DNA of 64,000 nucleotides from an uncultured Veillonella sp. (GTDB lineage: Bacteria > Bacillota > Negativicutes > Veillonellales > Veillonellaceae), in contig NZ_CALJON010000008.1 of assembly GCF_937981445.1 (NCBI RefSeq), forward strand, positions 124,442-188,441. Reading direction: 5' to 3'. Below, in pieces: positions 25,862-35,062 of the stretch. Position 1 is the stretch's first letter, and each line of letters begins with the position of its first letter. The notes under the pieces were generated by a model, which saw only the letters and a program-made list of their open reading frames with translations, made no database searches and was not told the origin of the DNA. A program made the position numbers and the translations under genes.

Positions 25862-26049
25862 ATATTATGAAATTTTTCTCTATCACAAGAGTTAAATTAC
25901 TAGAGTAGTATACCATTTAAATAAGAATTTTGTCAAGAATTACCGATTAAAATTTTACTAGCCACTGTTTTATTCCTTTTATCTTTTTCAGTCCACCATA
26001 TCCAATACATATACAATTATATATAATAATAGTAAGGAGGGGCGTTCGT

Positions 26050-26766
26050 ATGACTAATAAACAACTCGTATACTTTTTCTTTGATGACTCAGGTATTTTT
26101 CATAGCTCCAATCCTTCCGGCTATTTTGTATACGCAGGGTATATATTTTTTAGTAAATCTGAAAAAGACTCTGCCCGCCGCCAATATCAATCGCTAAACA
26201 AAAAAATCCGAAACAGCCTCCATAGACAGGATGAATTAAAAGCCTGTTCCTTGCGCAATACACATAGACGAGCCCTTTTAAATGTATTAAAAAAATATGA
26301 ACGGCTCGCCCTCGTTGTCACGTTACACAATGTGCATTCCCATATTATAGAGGACAAATACGCTCGTGTACGCTATAAGGACTTTATACTCAAGCAGCTC
26401 ATTAAAGAAAAAGTAAAACTACTCATTGCTCAGGGTAAACTAGATCCTAATCTAGACACGCAACTTATAATTAATATTGATGAACAGTCTAACGCCAGCA
26501 GTGGTATTTACGATTTAAAAACCGCTATCATAGAAGAATTTCGCCATGGCATTTCCAATTGGAACTACAATGCCTTCATGCCACCTATATTTACAGGGGA
26601 ATTACTAGTGGATATTAAATATTGTCATTCTGACCATGAATATCTAATACAAGCTGCTGATATTTTAGCCAATTATATACATCATCAAAGTAAAAATAAT
26701 CTTCCCATAAAGAAAATTTTTACCCTACACTTTCCCCAAATAGAGTACAACAACACGTCAACCTAG
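26050..26766 (+). CDS. DUF3800-family protein, function unknown
   Basis: 238 aa. GGAGGGG upstream of the ATG. N-terminal YFFFDDSG and C-terminal LIQAADILANYI match the DUF3800 D-(D/E)-SG ... QxAD signature as I remember it. Noticeably more AT-rich than its neighbours. Confidence 0.7.
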   Translation: MTNKQLVYFFFDDSGIFHSSNPSGYFVYAGYIFFSKSEKDSARRQYQSLNKKIRNSLHRQDELKACSLRNTHRRALLNVLKKYERLALVVTLHNVHSHIIEDKYARVRYKDFILKQLIKEKVKLLIAQGKLDPNLDTQLIINIDEQSNASSGIYDLKTAIIEEFRHGISNWNYNAFMPPIFTGELLVDIKYCHSDHEYLIQAADILANYIHHQSKNNLPIKKIFTLHFPQIEYNNTST

Positions 26767-26912
26767 ATATAAAATAGTAAAAAGAAAATTTTTATACCCG
26801 TTGCCAGACCTCATCCTCTATGTTACTATTATGTTACAGACAATATGTACTGTTCACATGTAACTGCGATGCGAAGCATTAAGTGTACTTTTTAGTGCAC
26901 CGTACTACATGG

Positions 26913-26959
26913 AGCCCCTCCTAGATTTAGGCTTAAGGCCTAATCTGGAGGGGCTTTTT
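26913..26959 (+). terminator. Intrinsic terminator
   Basis: AGCCCCTCC-25 nt loop-GGAGGGGCT followed by TTTTT. Confidence 0.75.
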
Positions 26960-26970
26960 GTATACTACTT

Positions 26971-28785
26971 CTATTTAACTTCAAGTTGTATCATCATACC
27001 ATTTTCTTCATGTTCTAAAATATGGCAATGAACCATGAAAATGCCTGGTTTCGTGAATTTTACTTTAAGTCGTACTGTTTCACTAGGGCTTACTAATATG
27101 GTGTCTTTTAAGCCCTGTTCACTTGGTGATACAGGCTTACCATTACGTGTTAACACTTCAAATTGAACTCCATGTATATGGAATGGATGAATCATGCCCA
27201 TCATAGCATTATCAGCATTGGTAATATCCCAAATTTCCGTGCTACCTAATTTACTTGTTAAATCAACACGATCCATGGAGAATTTCTTACCATTAATAGT
27301 AACTGCTTCGGCCATACCAGACATGACTACATGTTTGTCTGCTTTTTGTTCATTAATAGACGCTACATTAGATTGTAAGTCTTTATATGTTTCAAAGTTC
27401 ATATGCCAAGTAGGAATCGGTTCTACTGGGGCATTAGCAAAATTGGCACCCGCTCTAAATTGAAGCACTGTAACTGCCCCATCTTGAGTTACCAAGCTAG
27501 GGAGTTCACCTTTATACTGAGAGAAATCAATTAATAATTCTGCCCGTTCCCCTGGTACAAGCGTCACTTTGCGTTGTGATACAGGCGTATTTAACAGTCC
27601 TCCATCAACAGCAATTTTTGTAAAACGACTGCCATCACTTAAAGCAACTGTGTAATTACGAGCATTCGAGCCATTAAGAAGACGTACGCGAACTAATTTA
27701 CGATTCACTTCAAAGTACGGATTAATTGTGCCGTTAACAACCAAGGTATCTCCATAAACACCATCAGCATTATATGCTTGGTCATAATCCCATTGATTTG
27801 TATCTGTAAACGTTCTGTCTTGAAGAACTACCGGAATATCATTGACACCATATTCCTGTGGTAATCCCAAATCAGCTTGCTTATCATCATTGATAATTAT
27901 AAGACCAGCTAAGCCCTTATATACTTGACTTGCCGTACTCCCCATATTGTGGGGATGATACCAAGCCATCCCAGCCCCTTGTTGAACAGTAAATTCAATT
28001 GAACCAGTTCCACCATTAGCCTTGATTGGATAATGTGGGCCCCCGTCTACATCGGAACGAACTACGAGACCATGCCAATGAAAGGTTGTATCTTCTGGTA
28101 AATTATTTTGTAAATTAATTCGAACCTTTTCGTTCGTTTTCATAAGTAATACAGGTCCTAGCACATCGCCGTTGTAACCATAAGTAGCCGTAACGGCACC
28201 TTCTTTAATTGCACTATGACCACTTTGAGCCGTCACATTATACACCACACGGCCACTTTCATCAGCTTCCCCTTTTAGTACCGGTGGCAAAGCTAAAGGC
28301 CGTGCTGCTTGCGCAATAGCCTTAAATGGTACTACATCATCTACTCCATGACGCATCATGTGATGCCCATTAGAAGAGCCCATTTGATGTCCCATGGAAT
28401 TGCCCATATAATGACTCATGGACCCCTCCATACTATGATTCATAGACATATCCATACCATGATTCATGGACATATCCATGTGATGCATTCCAGACTGGCC
28501 CATACTTTGGTGCATTTCTTCCATATGGTGAGCCATACCGGCTTCCATCATAGAATGCATATCTCGATCCATGTCAGGATGCATGCCTTGGCCCATTTTA
28601 TGATGCATGCCCTCACCCATATCATGTTGCATCTCTTGAATCATATCTTGTTGCATTCCTTGATGCATAGAACTCATACTTTGATTGGCATATGCATGTC
28701 CCGTATATATGCTGCTTGTTAAAATAGTAGCTACTAACAATGCGGTGCGAAAATTTTTTCTAGATTGATTCTTTAATAGCTTCAT
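26971..28785 (-). CDS. Multicopper oxidase with a Met/His-rich N-terminal region
   Basis: 604 aa with a signal peptide. Four MCO copper motifs: FHWHG, WYHPHNMG, HPFHIHG, HCHILEHEENGMM. Residues about 35-145 are almost only M/H/G/S/D/Q (MHxxM-type repeats). Confidence 0.9.
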   Translation of the reverse strand: MKLLKNQSRKNFRTALLVATILTSSIYTGHAYANQSMSSMHQGMQQDMIQEMQHDMGEGMHHKMGQGMHPDMDRDMHSMMEAGMAHHMEEMHQSMGQSGMHHMDMSMNHGMDMSMNHSMEGSMSHYMGNSMGHQMGSSNGHHMMRHGVDDVVPFKAIAQAARPLALPPVLKGEADESGRVVYNVTAQSGHSAIKEGAVTATYGYNGDVLGPVLLMKTNEKVRINLQNNLPEDTTFHWHGLVVRSDVDGGPHYPIKANGGTGSIEFTVQQGAGMAWYHPHNMGSTASQVYKGLAGLIIINDDKQADLGLPQEYGVNDIPVVLQDRTFTDTNQWDYDQAYNADGVYGDTLVVNGTINPYFEVNRKLVRVRLLNGSNARNYTVALSDGSRFTKIAVDGGLLNTPVSQRKVTLVPGERAELLIDFSQYKGELPSLVTQDGAVTVLQFRAGANFANAPVEPIPTWHMNFETYKDLQSNVASINEQKADKHVVMSGMAEAVTINGKKFSMDRVDLTSKLGSTEIWDITNADNAMMGMIHPFHIHGVQFEVLTRNGKPVSPSEQGLKDTILVSPSETVRLKVKFTKPGIFMVHCHILEHEENGMMIQLEVK

Positions 28786-29328
28786 ATTATATCCTCCAAG
28801 TCATTTATAACTACAATCTAATTACAAACCCCATTTATTTTGTACAAATTTTACATAATGTACTGTTAACTAATTTGTTTTCCTATAATACCCAACTAGA
28901 GTATCCTATCCTAAGCTCTCCCCTATACTATCATCTCATAGCACTTTACTCAATAAGGGGGTATATAGTAACGAATTGTATCCCCTAACTAGCTAATCCA
29001 ATATCCTCTGACCATACCATAAGAGCATAAAACAACACAGTAAAATTCACAAAATAAAATGTAAGTTCTATACAAATATAACGCTAGATCAAGTGCTACT
29101 TAATCTAGGGTTATATTTCGTGTATAGTGTACAACTTAAAATTGCTATTATACAGGATCTATGGCAATCCAAAAGTCTCTTTTCTTTTTCTCTATTTGCT
29201 ACACACCTGTTTCAACAACCGGTGTAGCGCTCGTAGTATATACACCTTTAACCTAATGCTGACGGTTTATTTAGACTCTTGATTGTCACATCCACAGTCT
29301 AATAAAATACCAAAATTAAATTAATATC

Positions 29329-29958
29329 TTAAATAAACCAAGCCATTTCATCAGTCATATCTTTTGGTGTAAATGCTACTTTATGCCGTGGTCGATGTTT
29401 TCCACCTGATACTACATGAATACTAGGCTTATGACGTCTTACAGCAATATTTTCTGGTTCTGTTTCGTAAATAACCACATGTTCAGGTACATCGCGCTTA
29501 ATGACTAAATTACAGCCAATACGGCTACCACTGCCTACCGTAATATCGCCTAGCACTTTCGTGCCAGCGCCGATAAGTACATCATTACCTACTGTAGGAT
29601 GCCGTTTCACACGGCGTGAACTCATCCCCCCAAGGGTAACCCCATGGAATAAAGTCACATCATCTCCTACAATGGCAGTTTCACCAATCACCACGCCCAT
29701 ACCGTGGTCAATAAATAAACCGCGTCCAATCTGTGCACCAGGGTGAATTTCTATGCCGGTAGCATTCCGTGCATGCAACGCCACACGACGGGCCAAAAGT
29801 TTAAAGCCATGCTTATATAAACGATGGGCAAAGAAGTGCCAAAACAATGCTGTAATATGCGGATATGTCCAAAGCACCATGAGCACCGAAGTGGCTGCTG
29901 GATCAGAGTCCATAACTCGTTTAATATTATACCGAATAGATTTCCATAATTCTTTCAT
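29329..29958 (-). CDS. cysE: Serine O-acetyltransferase
   Basis: The ORF track starts at a GTG (29970) inside the RBS. The ATG at 29958 has GGGAGG 4 nt upstream. Hexapeptide-repeat region GIEIHPGAQIGRGLFIDHGMGVVIGETA. Confidence 0.9.
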   Translation of the reverse strand: MKELWKSIRYNIKRVMDSDPAATSVLMVLWTYPHITALFWHFFAHRLYKHGFKLLARRVALHARNATGIEIHPGAQIGRGLFIDHGMGVVIGETAIVGDDVTLFHGVTLGGMSSRRVKRHPTVGNDVLIGAGTKVLGDITVGSGSRIGCNLVIKRDVPEHVVIYETEPENIAVRRHKPSIHVVSGGKHRPRHKVAFTPKDMTDEMAWFI

Positions 29959-30100
29959 AGGGCCTCCCACACTTGAAGTTCCTAAGTGAATTCTTAGTCC
30001 CTAGTCCCCAGAAGTAAAGTCCCCCATAGTTGAGTCCTCTCTCATAGACCCAATCACTAGGTATTTACTGTGAAACCTCTTTTACTAAGCCCTTAATCAC

Positions 30101-31021
30101 TTAAGCTTTTACGTATTCAACATCACCAAATTCGAGCATAGATAAGTATTTTTCAACTCCATCTGGAGCAATAGCAACTACTGCTACACCAGGGTTTTGA
30201 GCACCTAAATCTTTTGCTACTTTAATTGCTGCACCAGCAGAAATACCAATGCTAATGCCTGTTTCGCGCATAAATGTTTCTACTTGTGCAATCGCTTCTT
30301 CATCGCTTACAGTTTTAACTTCATCCATTAAGCTGCGATCAAAGTTTTCAGGAATAAAGCCAGCGCCAATACCTTGAATCTTATGCGCGCCACCTTTACC
30401 TTCAGAAATCATTGGAGAACCAGCTGGTTCAACAGCTACGGCTTTTACATCTTTTTTAAGCTCTTTTAATTTACGAGCCACACCAGTAAATGTACCACCA
30501 GTACCAATACCAGCAACTACGATACCTACATTAGGCACTTGTTCAAAAATTTCTGCCCCTGTAGTTTCATAATGAATAGCAGGGTTAGCAGGGTTAACGA
30601 ATTGACCAAGTGTAACGGCAGATGGATTAGCATCAAGAATTTCTTGAGCTTTTGCAAGCGCACCTTTCATACCAGTTGCTTTTGGAGTCAAAATTAATTG
30701 AGCACCATATGCTTTTACTAATTCGCGGCGTTCTTTACTCATACTTTCAGGCATCAAAATCACTACTTTAATGCCAAGTACAGCACCTAACATAGCAAGA
30801 GCAATACCAGTGTTACCGCTTGTTGCTTCTACTAAAATAGTATCAGGTTTAATCAAACCTTTATCCTGTGCGTCTTTTAACATGCCATACACAGCACGGT
30901 CTTTTACGCTACCACCAGCATTGTATTTTTCTAGTTTTACATACACATTGCTGTCTTTAATTTGATATACTGGGGTATTACCAATCAATTGTAATGTATC
31001 ATTTACAGGTTTTGTACTCAT
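30101..31021 (-). CDS. cysK: Cysteine synthase A (O-acetylserine sulfhydrylase)
   Basis: The ORF track starts at 31042; the ATG at 31021 follows AAGGAAGAGAG. PLP lysine context NAGGSVKDR, plus TSGNTGIALA and GTGGT loops. Confidence 0.95.
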   Translation of the reverse strand: MSTKPVNDTLQLIGNTPVYQIKDSNVYVKLEKYNAGGSVKDRAVYGMLKDAQDKGLIKPDTILVEATSGNTGIALAMLGAVLGIKVVILMPESMSKERRELVKAYGAQLILTPKATGMKGALAKAQEILDANPSAVTLGQFVNPANPAIHYETTGAEIFEQVPNVGIVVAGIGTGGTFTGVARKLKELKKDVKAVAVEPAGSPMISEGKGGAHKIQGIGAGFIPENFDRSLMDEVKTVSDEEAIAQVETFMRETGISIGISAGAAIKVAKDLGAQNPGVAVVAIAPDGVEKYLSMLEFGDVEYVKA

Positions 31022-31195
31022 AATAATCTCTCTTCCTTTCAAAAATGACGATACGTATTACATACTGTTTTTAAATTCATAAATCTATAAATCCATGGTA
31101 AGTAGCGCTAAATTTCATACATTCAGAGATTTATAAATTTATAAACATGTGGAGCCTTTGTACCTTTGTAAAATTTTAATCTAAGGTTTAATGCA

Positions 31196-31574
31196 ATAAA
31201 AAAAGCCCTCAGTCACTATTGTGACCAAGGGCGATAATCGCGGTTCCACCTTGATTCATCTAATGCACTTTTATTTAAGAGCATTAAATATCTCTAACTG
31301 TACAGGTCTTAAAGACTGTATACAGATTCGCTGTAACGGGCGACACCCGAAAAAAACTCCCCTACTACTCATCAGCGCATTATCAAGGGCGACTCCGTCA
31401 ACCTCCATAAGCTTTGCCTTCATAACTCCAAGATGCACTTCCATATATGTCCTATGACCCGCTCTCACCGTCCGGGCTCTCTGCACATATTCTCATATAT
31501 GTACTCTTCTCTTCATCGTCTGATTTCTATTCAAATCGTAAACCTACTATAACACTATGAATTAACCCTGTCAA
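31196..31574 (-). promoter_or_regulatory. T-box riboswitch leader, probably Cys-specific, with its promoter, upstream of cysK-cysE
   Basis: Minus strand: TTGACA-17-TATAGT; GAUGAAGAGAAGAGUA; AG bulge CAGAGAG; distal loop ACGGUGAGAG; specifier region GGAAGUGCAUC; T-box core AAUCAAGGUGGAACCGCG; terminator GCCCTTGGTCAC-AATA-GTGACTGAGGGC followed by TTTTTTT. Confidence 0.85.
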
Positions 31575-31734
31575 CTTCTTTTTTACAAGTTTATTTGCAA
31601 GGCCTCATTATAAATCGTTTTTCTTTTATTAATTCAGCTAGCAAAAAAGCCCATAAAAATGGGATTTTTCTATCATAGCCATACTAACAGTATAAGCTAA
31701 AATATAGGCGTAATCAATATACACTTGAATCTTG

Positions 31735-32250
31735 CTAAGCATATATAGACATATGTGGTTTACCATCCTTAAGGGGCATTGGCTTCTTTCCCTCTTTTTT
31801 CTTACCCTCTGTCTGAGGTGCCTTTGGTGCTTCTACCTTGTGATTATTTTCATTACCTACCGGTTTTTCTATTCTCTTACGCTCCTCATAGTCCTTTGCA
31901 AGGGCTATACGACGCTTCTCTTTAACTTCACTGCTTACAGTTGGCTTTTTGTGATTCTTTTCAAAAGTATCATGCTTTTTATCCTGGTTTCGATCTTGTT
32001 TCCTATCTTCTGCATTGTACTTCTTATCTTCTGCATTGTACTTCTTATCTTGTGTATTGTGCTTCTTCTCTTGTGTATTAGTCTTCTTATCTTGTGTCTT
32101 ATCTAAATTCTGTAACCCATCCCACTGCATATAAATAGGACGATTGGCACCTTCATACGGCTCTACTGATGCTGCACTCACAATGAAACCAAATGAGTTA
32201 GCCCATAACGTAACTGCCGCCACTGGAACAATAAACACAAACTTCTTCAT
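31735..32250 (-). CDS. Secreted lysine-rich repeat protein, function unknown
   Basis: The ORF track starts at 32274; the ATG at 32250 has GGGAGGG upstream. Signal peptide MKKFVFIVPVAAVTLWANSFGFIVSAA. Repeats KKxNTQ(D/E)KK / DKKYNAEDKK. Confidence 0.7.
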   Translation of the reverse strand: MKKFVFIVPVAAVTLWANSFGFIVSAASVEPYEGANRPIYMQWDGLQNLDKTQDKKTNTQEKKHNTQDKKYNAEDKKYNAEDRKQDRNQDKKHDTFEKNHKKPTVSSEVKEKRRIALAKDYEERKRIEKPVGNENNHKVEAPKAPQTEGKKKEGKKPMPLKDGKPHMSIYA

Positions 32251-32553
32251 AATATAACCCTCCCTAATTTGCATTATTATGCTATTTTAAACCATTAGTT
32301 GCATTTTTATAACAAAGTTATTCCATCCTTTGTATCATAGATATACAGGTACATGCAACAATCTATATTAACCGATAGCCTGTTAATCTACCGGAGCATG
32401 CTTATACTATACGCATATTTTATGAGATAGCTGTGAATAGTCCGTGAGTATAAAATGAGTTTTTTCTAAAATTTTCTTCATTTTATTTTTGGGATATAAT
32501 AGCATTTTTATGCGCATTGTATTCATCTTATAATCATGAAATTATTTTTTTGA

Positions 32554-32587
32554 AAATACAAATACAAATACAAATACAAATACAAAT
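32554..32587. repeat. Hexanucleotide microsatellite (AAATAC)x5.5
   Basis: AAATACAAATACAAATACAAATACAAATACAAAT read directly. Confidence 0.9.
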
Positions 32588-32694
32588 CCGAATTTAAATC
32601 TAACCCCAAACCTAATCCTTATCTTTACCCTCAGCTTAAAGCAACGGAAACTCTAAAAACTACTGTATCCAAATCTATACAGCTAATTACAAAT

Positions 32695-32966
32695 AAAAAA
32701 GATGCCTTACGGCGGCGGATCACTAATAATAAGATAATGTATCTATCATTAGCAATAGCGCCACCTTGGCATCTTGCATATAAAACGAAAAGTGCCCCAG
32801 CCCTTAGGGAGGAGGCTGAGGCAAGGTGTTCGTACATGTTTGTACTCACGATTAGGTATAGGTATTTAGAGGTTTAACAAGTAGACTCGCATGATAGTAA
32901 CTCCGGGATAAAGAGTTAAAACCAAGTGTAATCACTAGGGAAAGTGATTACTGTTCTCTTGTTATG
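32695..32966 (-). ncRNA. Candidate non-coding RNA of about 270 nt, unknown class
   Basis: Bounded by a consensus promoter (32972-33000) and a terminator: GATGCCAAGGTGGCG ... CGCCGCCGTAAGGCATC followed by TTTTTT at 32695-32773. A perfect 9-bp hairpin GTAATCACT-TTCCCT-AGTGATTAC sits near the 5' end. There is no ORF with a credible RBS apart from an 8-codon one. Confidence 0.45.
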
Positions 32967-32971
32967 TACAC

Positions 32972-33000
32972 ATTATAACATGTAAATCTAATAAATTCAA
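32972..33000 (-). promoter_or_regulatory. Near-consensus sigma70 promoter of the candidate ncRNA
   Basis: Minus strand TTGAAT-17 nt-TATAAT. Confidence 0.65.
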
Positions 33001-33423
33001 TATGTAATTTCTATTTTTTTCGATTTATTTTTTGGACACATAAAAATTAACATAAATGCCCGCCACACAACGGTTTTTAGATAAACTCACACCATATTTT
33101 CCATACTTTAAAATAAAATCTTACTAAAATTTTACTACATTTACAAAAAATTTACGTGACATGTGCAACATGTAGTCAAAAATAATACTTTATATTTTAC
33201 TGCACCATATGAATGACACACGTCAACATGTCCATCTACACAGTACATTTAACATTTTTGCAGTACATTTAGCATCTTTACAGAATATTCAACGGCCCAA
33301 TTACGTAGTACTTAAATACACTCTCTTTTAATATCATCTTACTTGTGTCATTTTATAATTAAATAGCTACATTCTTATAAATGCTACTCTTTAATCATTT
33401 ACTTTCTTAAGTAATTTTGGTTC

Positions 33424-34041
33424 TTAAGTCCGATCTTTATAAGATATATGTGCTTTAACCTGTTCGTCTATAATAGGCCAGGCCGTTTCGTACATATACC
33501 GATACCCCAATGTATTAGGATGTACATCACCAGCAAAGATAATCTCTTTTCGTGCATCCGCTGCTAGTAAGGCGTCATAAAAATTAATCACTACCAAGCC
33601 TTGCGCCTTTGCATAAGCTAAAATTAGTTCCCCATAGGCCTTTACTACGGCATTATCCCCATCAGGGTCAAAATCAATATGAGGTGGCAGACCCAGAATA
33701 GGTATTGCCCCAAGGGATTGAATATATGCCACATTTTTCTTCAACATGTGAAAACAATCTTCAGCCCTGCGACCTTGCAAAATATCATTGGTACCGCCCA
33801 TGATGATAATAAAATCATAGGGAGTTTTTGTCATCCCACACTGGCACTCTAAATTATTATATATGGCCTGTAAAGTAGCACCATCCACACCGGCATTGCG
33901 AAGAATCCACGGACTAGCGCCCTTAAAAGAAGTCTCCTTCTCAACAGCTCGTAAGGCCTTAATACTCAGCTCAACCCAGCCTTCACCATAGGGCACATCA
34001 TAACCTCGAGTGAGACTGTCTCCTATAAACAAAATATTCAT
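33424..34041 (-). CDS. SGNH/GDSL-family hydrolase
   Basis: 205 aa. Block I ILFIGDSLT, block III GGTND, block V GDVHPN. Confidence 0.85.
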   Translation of the reverse strand: MNILFIGDSLTRGYDVPYGEGWVELSIKALRAVEKETSFKGASPWILRNAGVDGATLQAIYNNLECQCGMTKTPYDFIIIMGGTNDILQGRRAEDCFHMLKKNVAYIQSLGAIPILGLPPHIDFDPDGDNAVVKAYGELILAYAKAQGLVVINFYDALLAADARKEIIFAGDVHPNTLGYRYMYETAWPIIDEQVKAHISYKDRT

Positions 34042-34061
34042 TGTCCTACCCCAGCATTAAA

Positions 34062-34290
34062 CATCTATCGTTAATTTCACGTATCTATTTCTTTACTTCG
34101 CATCCCCATCTTTATTTCACATTTTCTTACTTCACATATCCATCTTTATTTCACATATCTTCTTTATTTCGCATATTTTTTATTTTATGCAGCTATCGTT
34201 AATCTCACACAGCTTAAGCGTATGTTAATAAGTAACCTATGTTAATGTTAATGTTAATGTTAATGTGAATGTGAATAAATAGCCTATGTT
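34062..34290. repeat. Composite intergenic repeat region including (ATGTTA)n
   Basis: TATCGTTAAT(T/C)TCAC occurs at 34066 and 34194, flanking TTTATTTCAC/TTACTTCAC-type degenerate repeats. ATGTTAATGTTAATGTTAATGTTAATGTGAATGTGAAT at 34239-34276. Confidence 0.75.
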
Positions 34291-34345
34291 AATGTGAATC
34301 TTGTTGTAATTTTTACTGGCCTTAACTTTTTATCTTACTTAAATT

Positions 34346-35044
34346 CTATTTGTTTTGCTTTAATAAAGGATCCGTCGTGCCATTCAACTCAAAAGCCTTA
34401 ATGCGGTCAATGCAAGTACCGCAGGTGCCACAAGGGGTGTCGCCACCTTCGTAACAACTCCAAGTTAATTCATAAGGCACTTTAAGACCTAAGCCCACAC
34501 CCACAAGTTGGGCTTTATTTTTATCCGCAAAAGGGGCCACCACTTTCACCTTTTCATAAGTCCCTATGTTAATAGCCTGACCCATGGCGGCAATAAAGGC
34601 TTCACTACAATCAGCATAGGCATTCCCGGCCGCATCATCAGCATGAGCACCAAGATAAATTTCAACCTCTTCCTCAGGAAACAAACTCATACCAAGTGCC
34701 GCCACGGCCGACATCATGAGACCATTTCGAAATGGCACATAAGTACTGACTATGCCAGTACCATCTTCCGCAATCTGTTTCGCATAACTCTTATGACTAA
34801 TTTCATCTGTAGAGCCTTGCATGAGTGAAGAATTGGAATATTTTAAAATATTCGCTAAATTTAATTCATAATGAGGCACTTTATAATACGCCGCAATCTG
34901 TCTAGCACAAGCTAGTTCCTTATCATGTTTTTGACCATAAAAAATCGAAACCGCGGCTACATTCTCTGCCCCTAAACGATCAATAGCTAATGCTAAGCAA
35001 GTGGTAGAATCTACACCACCACTAGATAATACAATGGCTTTCAT
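34346..35044 (-). CDS. queC: 7-cyano-7-deazaguanine synthase
   Basis: 232 aa. PP-loop VLSSGGVDSTT, YGQKH, VPFRNG, and C-terminal zinc cysteines CGTCGTCIDR. Starts 18 nt after the ecfT stop. Confidence 0.9.
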   Translation of the reverse strand: MKAIVLSSGGVDSTTCLALAIDRLGAENVAAVSIFYGQKHDKELACARQIAAYYKVPHYELNLANILKYSNSSLMQGSTDEISHKSYAKQIAEDGTGIVSTYVPFRNGLMMSAVAALGMSLFPEEEVEIYLGAHADDAAGNAYADCSEAFIAAMGQAINIGTYEKVKVVAPFADKNKAQLVGVGLGLKVPYELTWSCYEGGDTPCGTCGTCIDRIKAFELNGTTDPLLKQNK

Positions 35045-35062
35045 TTTATTCTCCTTATGTGT

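Noticed and set aside
28852-28862. TACATAATGTA upstream of the multicopper oxidase, considered as a CopY 'cop box'
   Set aside because: The cop box is TACAnnTGTA with a 2-nt spacer, whereas this has 3 nt. No copY-like gene is nearby. It is kept only as a weak operator candidate within the MCO finding.
31221-31486. Two overlapping ORFs of 78 aa (+) and 71 aa (-)
   Set aside because: Both lie entirely inside the cysK T-box leader, covering the specifier, the T-box core and the terminator. Neither has an RBS.
31732-32106. 124-aa hydrophobic ORF on the + strand
   Set aside because: It is antisense to the better-supported secreted Lys-rich protein gene (signal peptide plus RBS). Its apparent TM-like repeats come from the complement of AAG/AAA-rich repeats.
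32631-32849. 72-aa ORF in the long gap between genes
   Set aside because: It has no Shine-Dalgarno and extends through the terminator hairpin and T-run of the candidate ncRNA. The composition is not protein-like.
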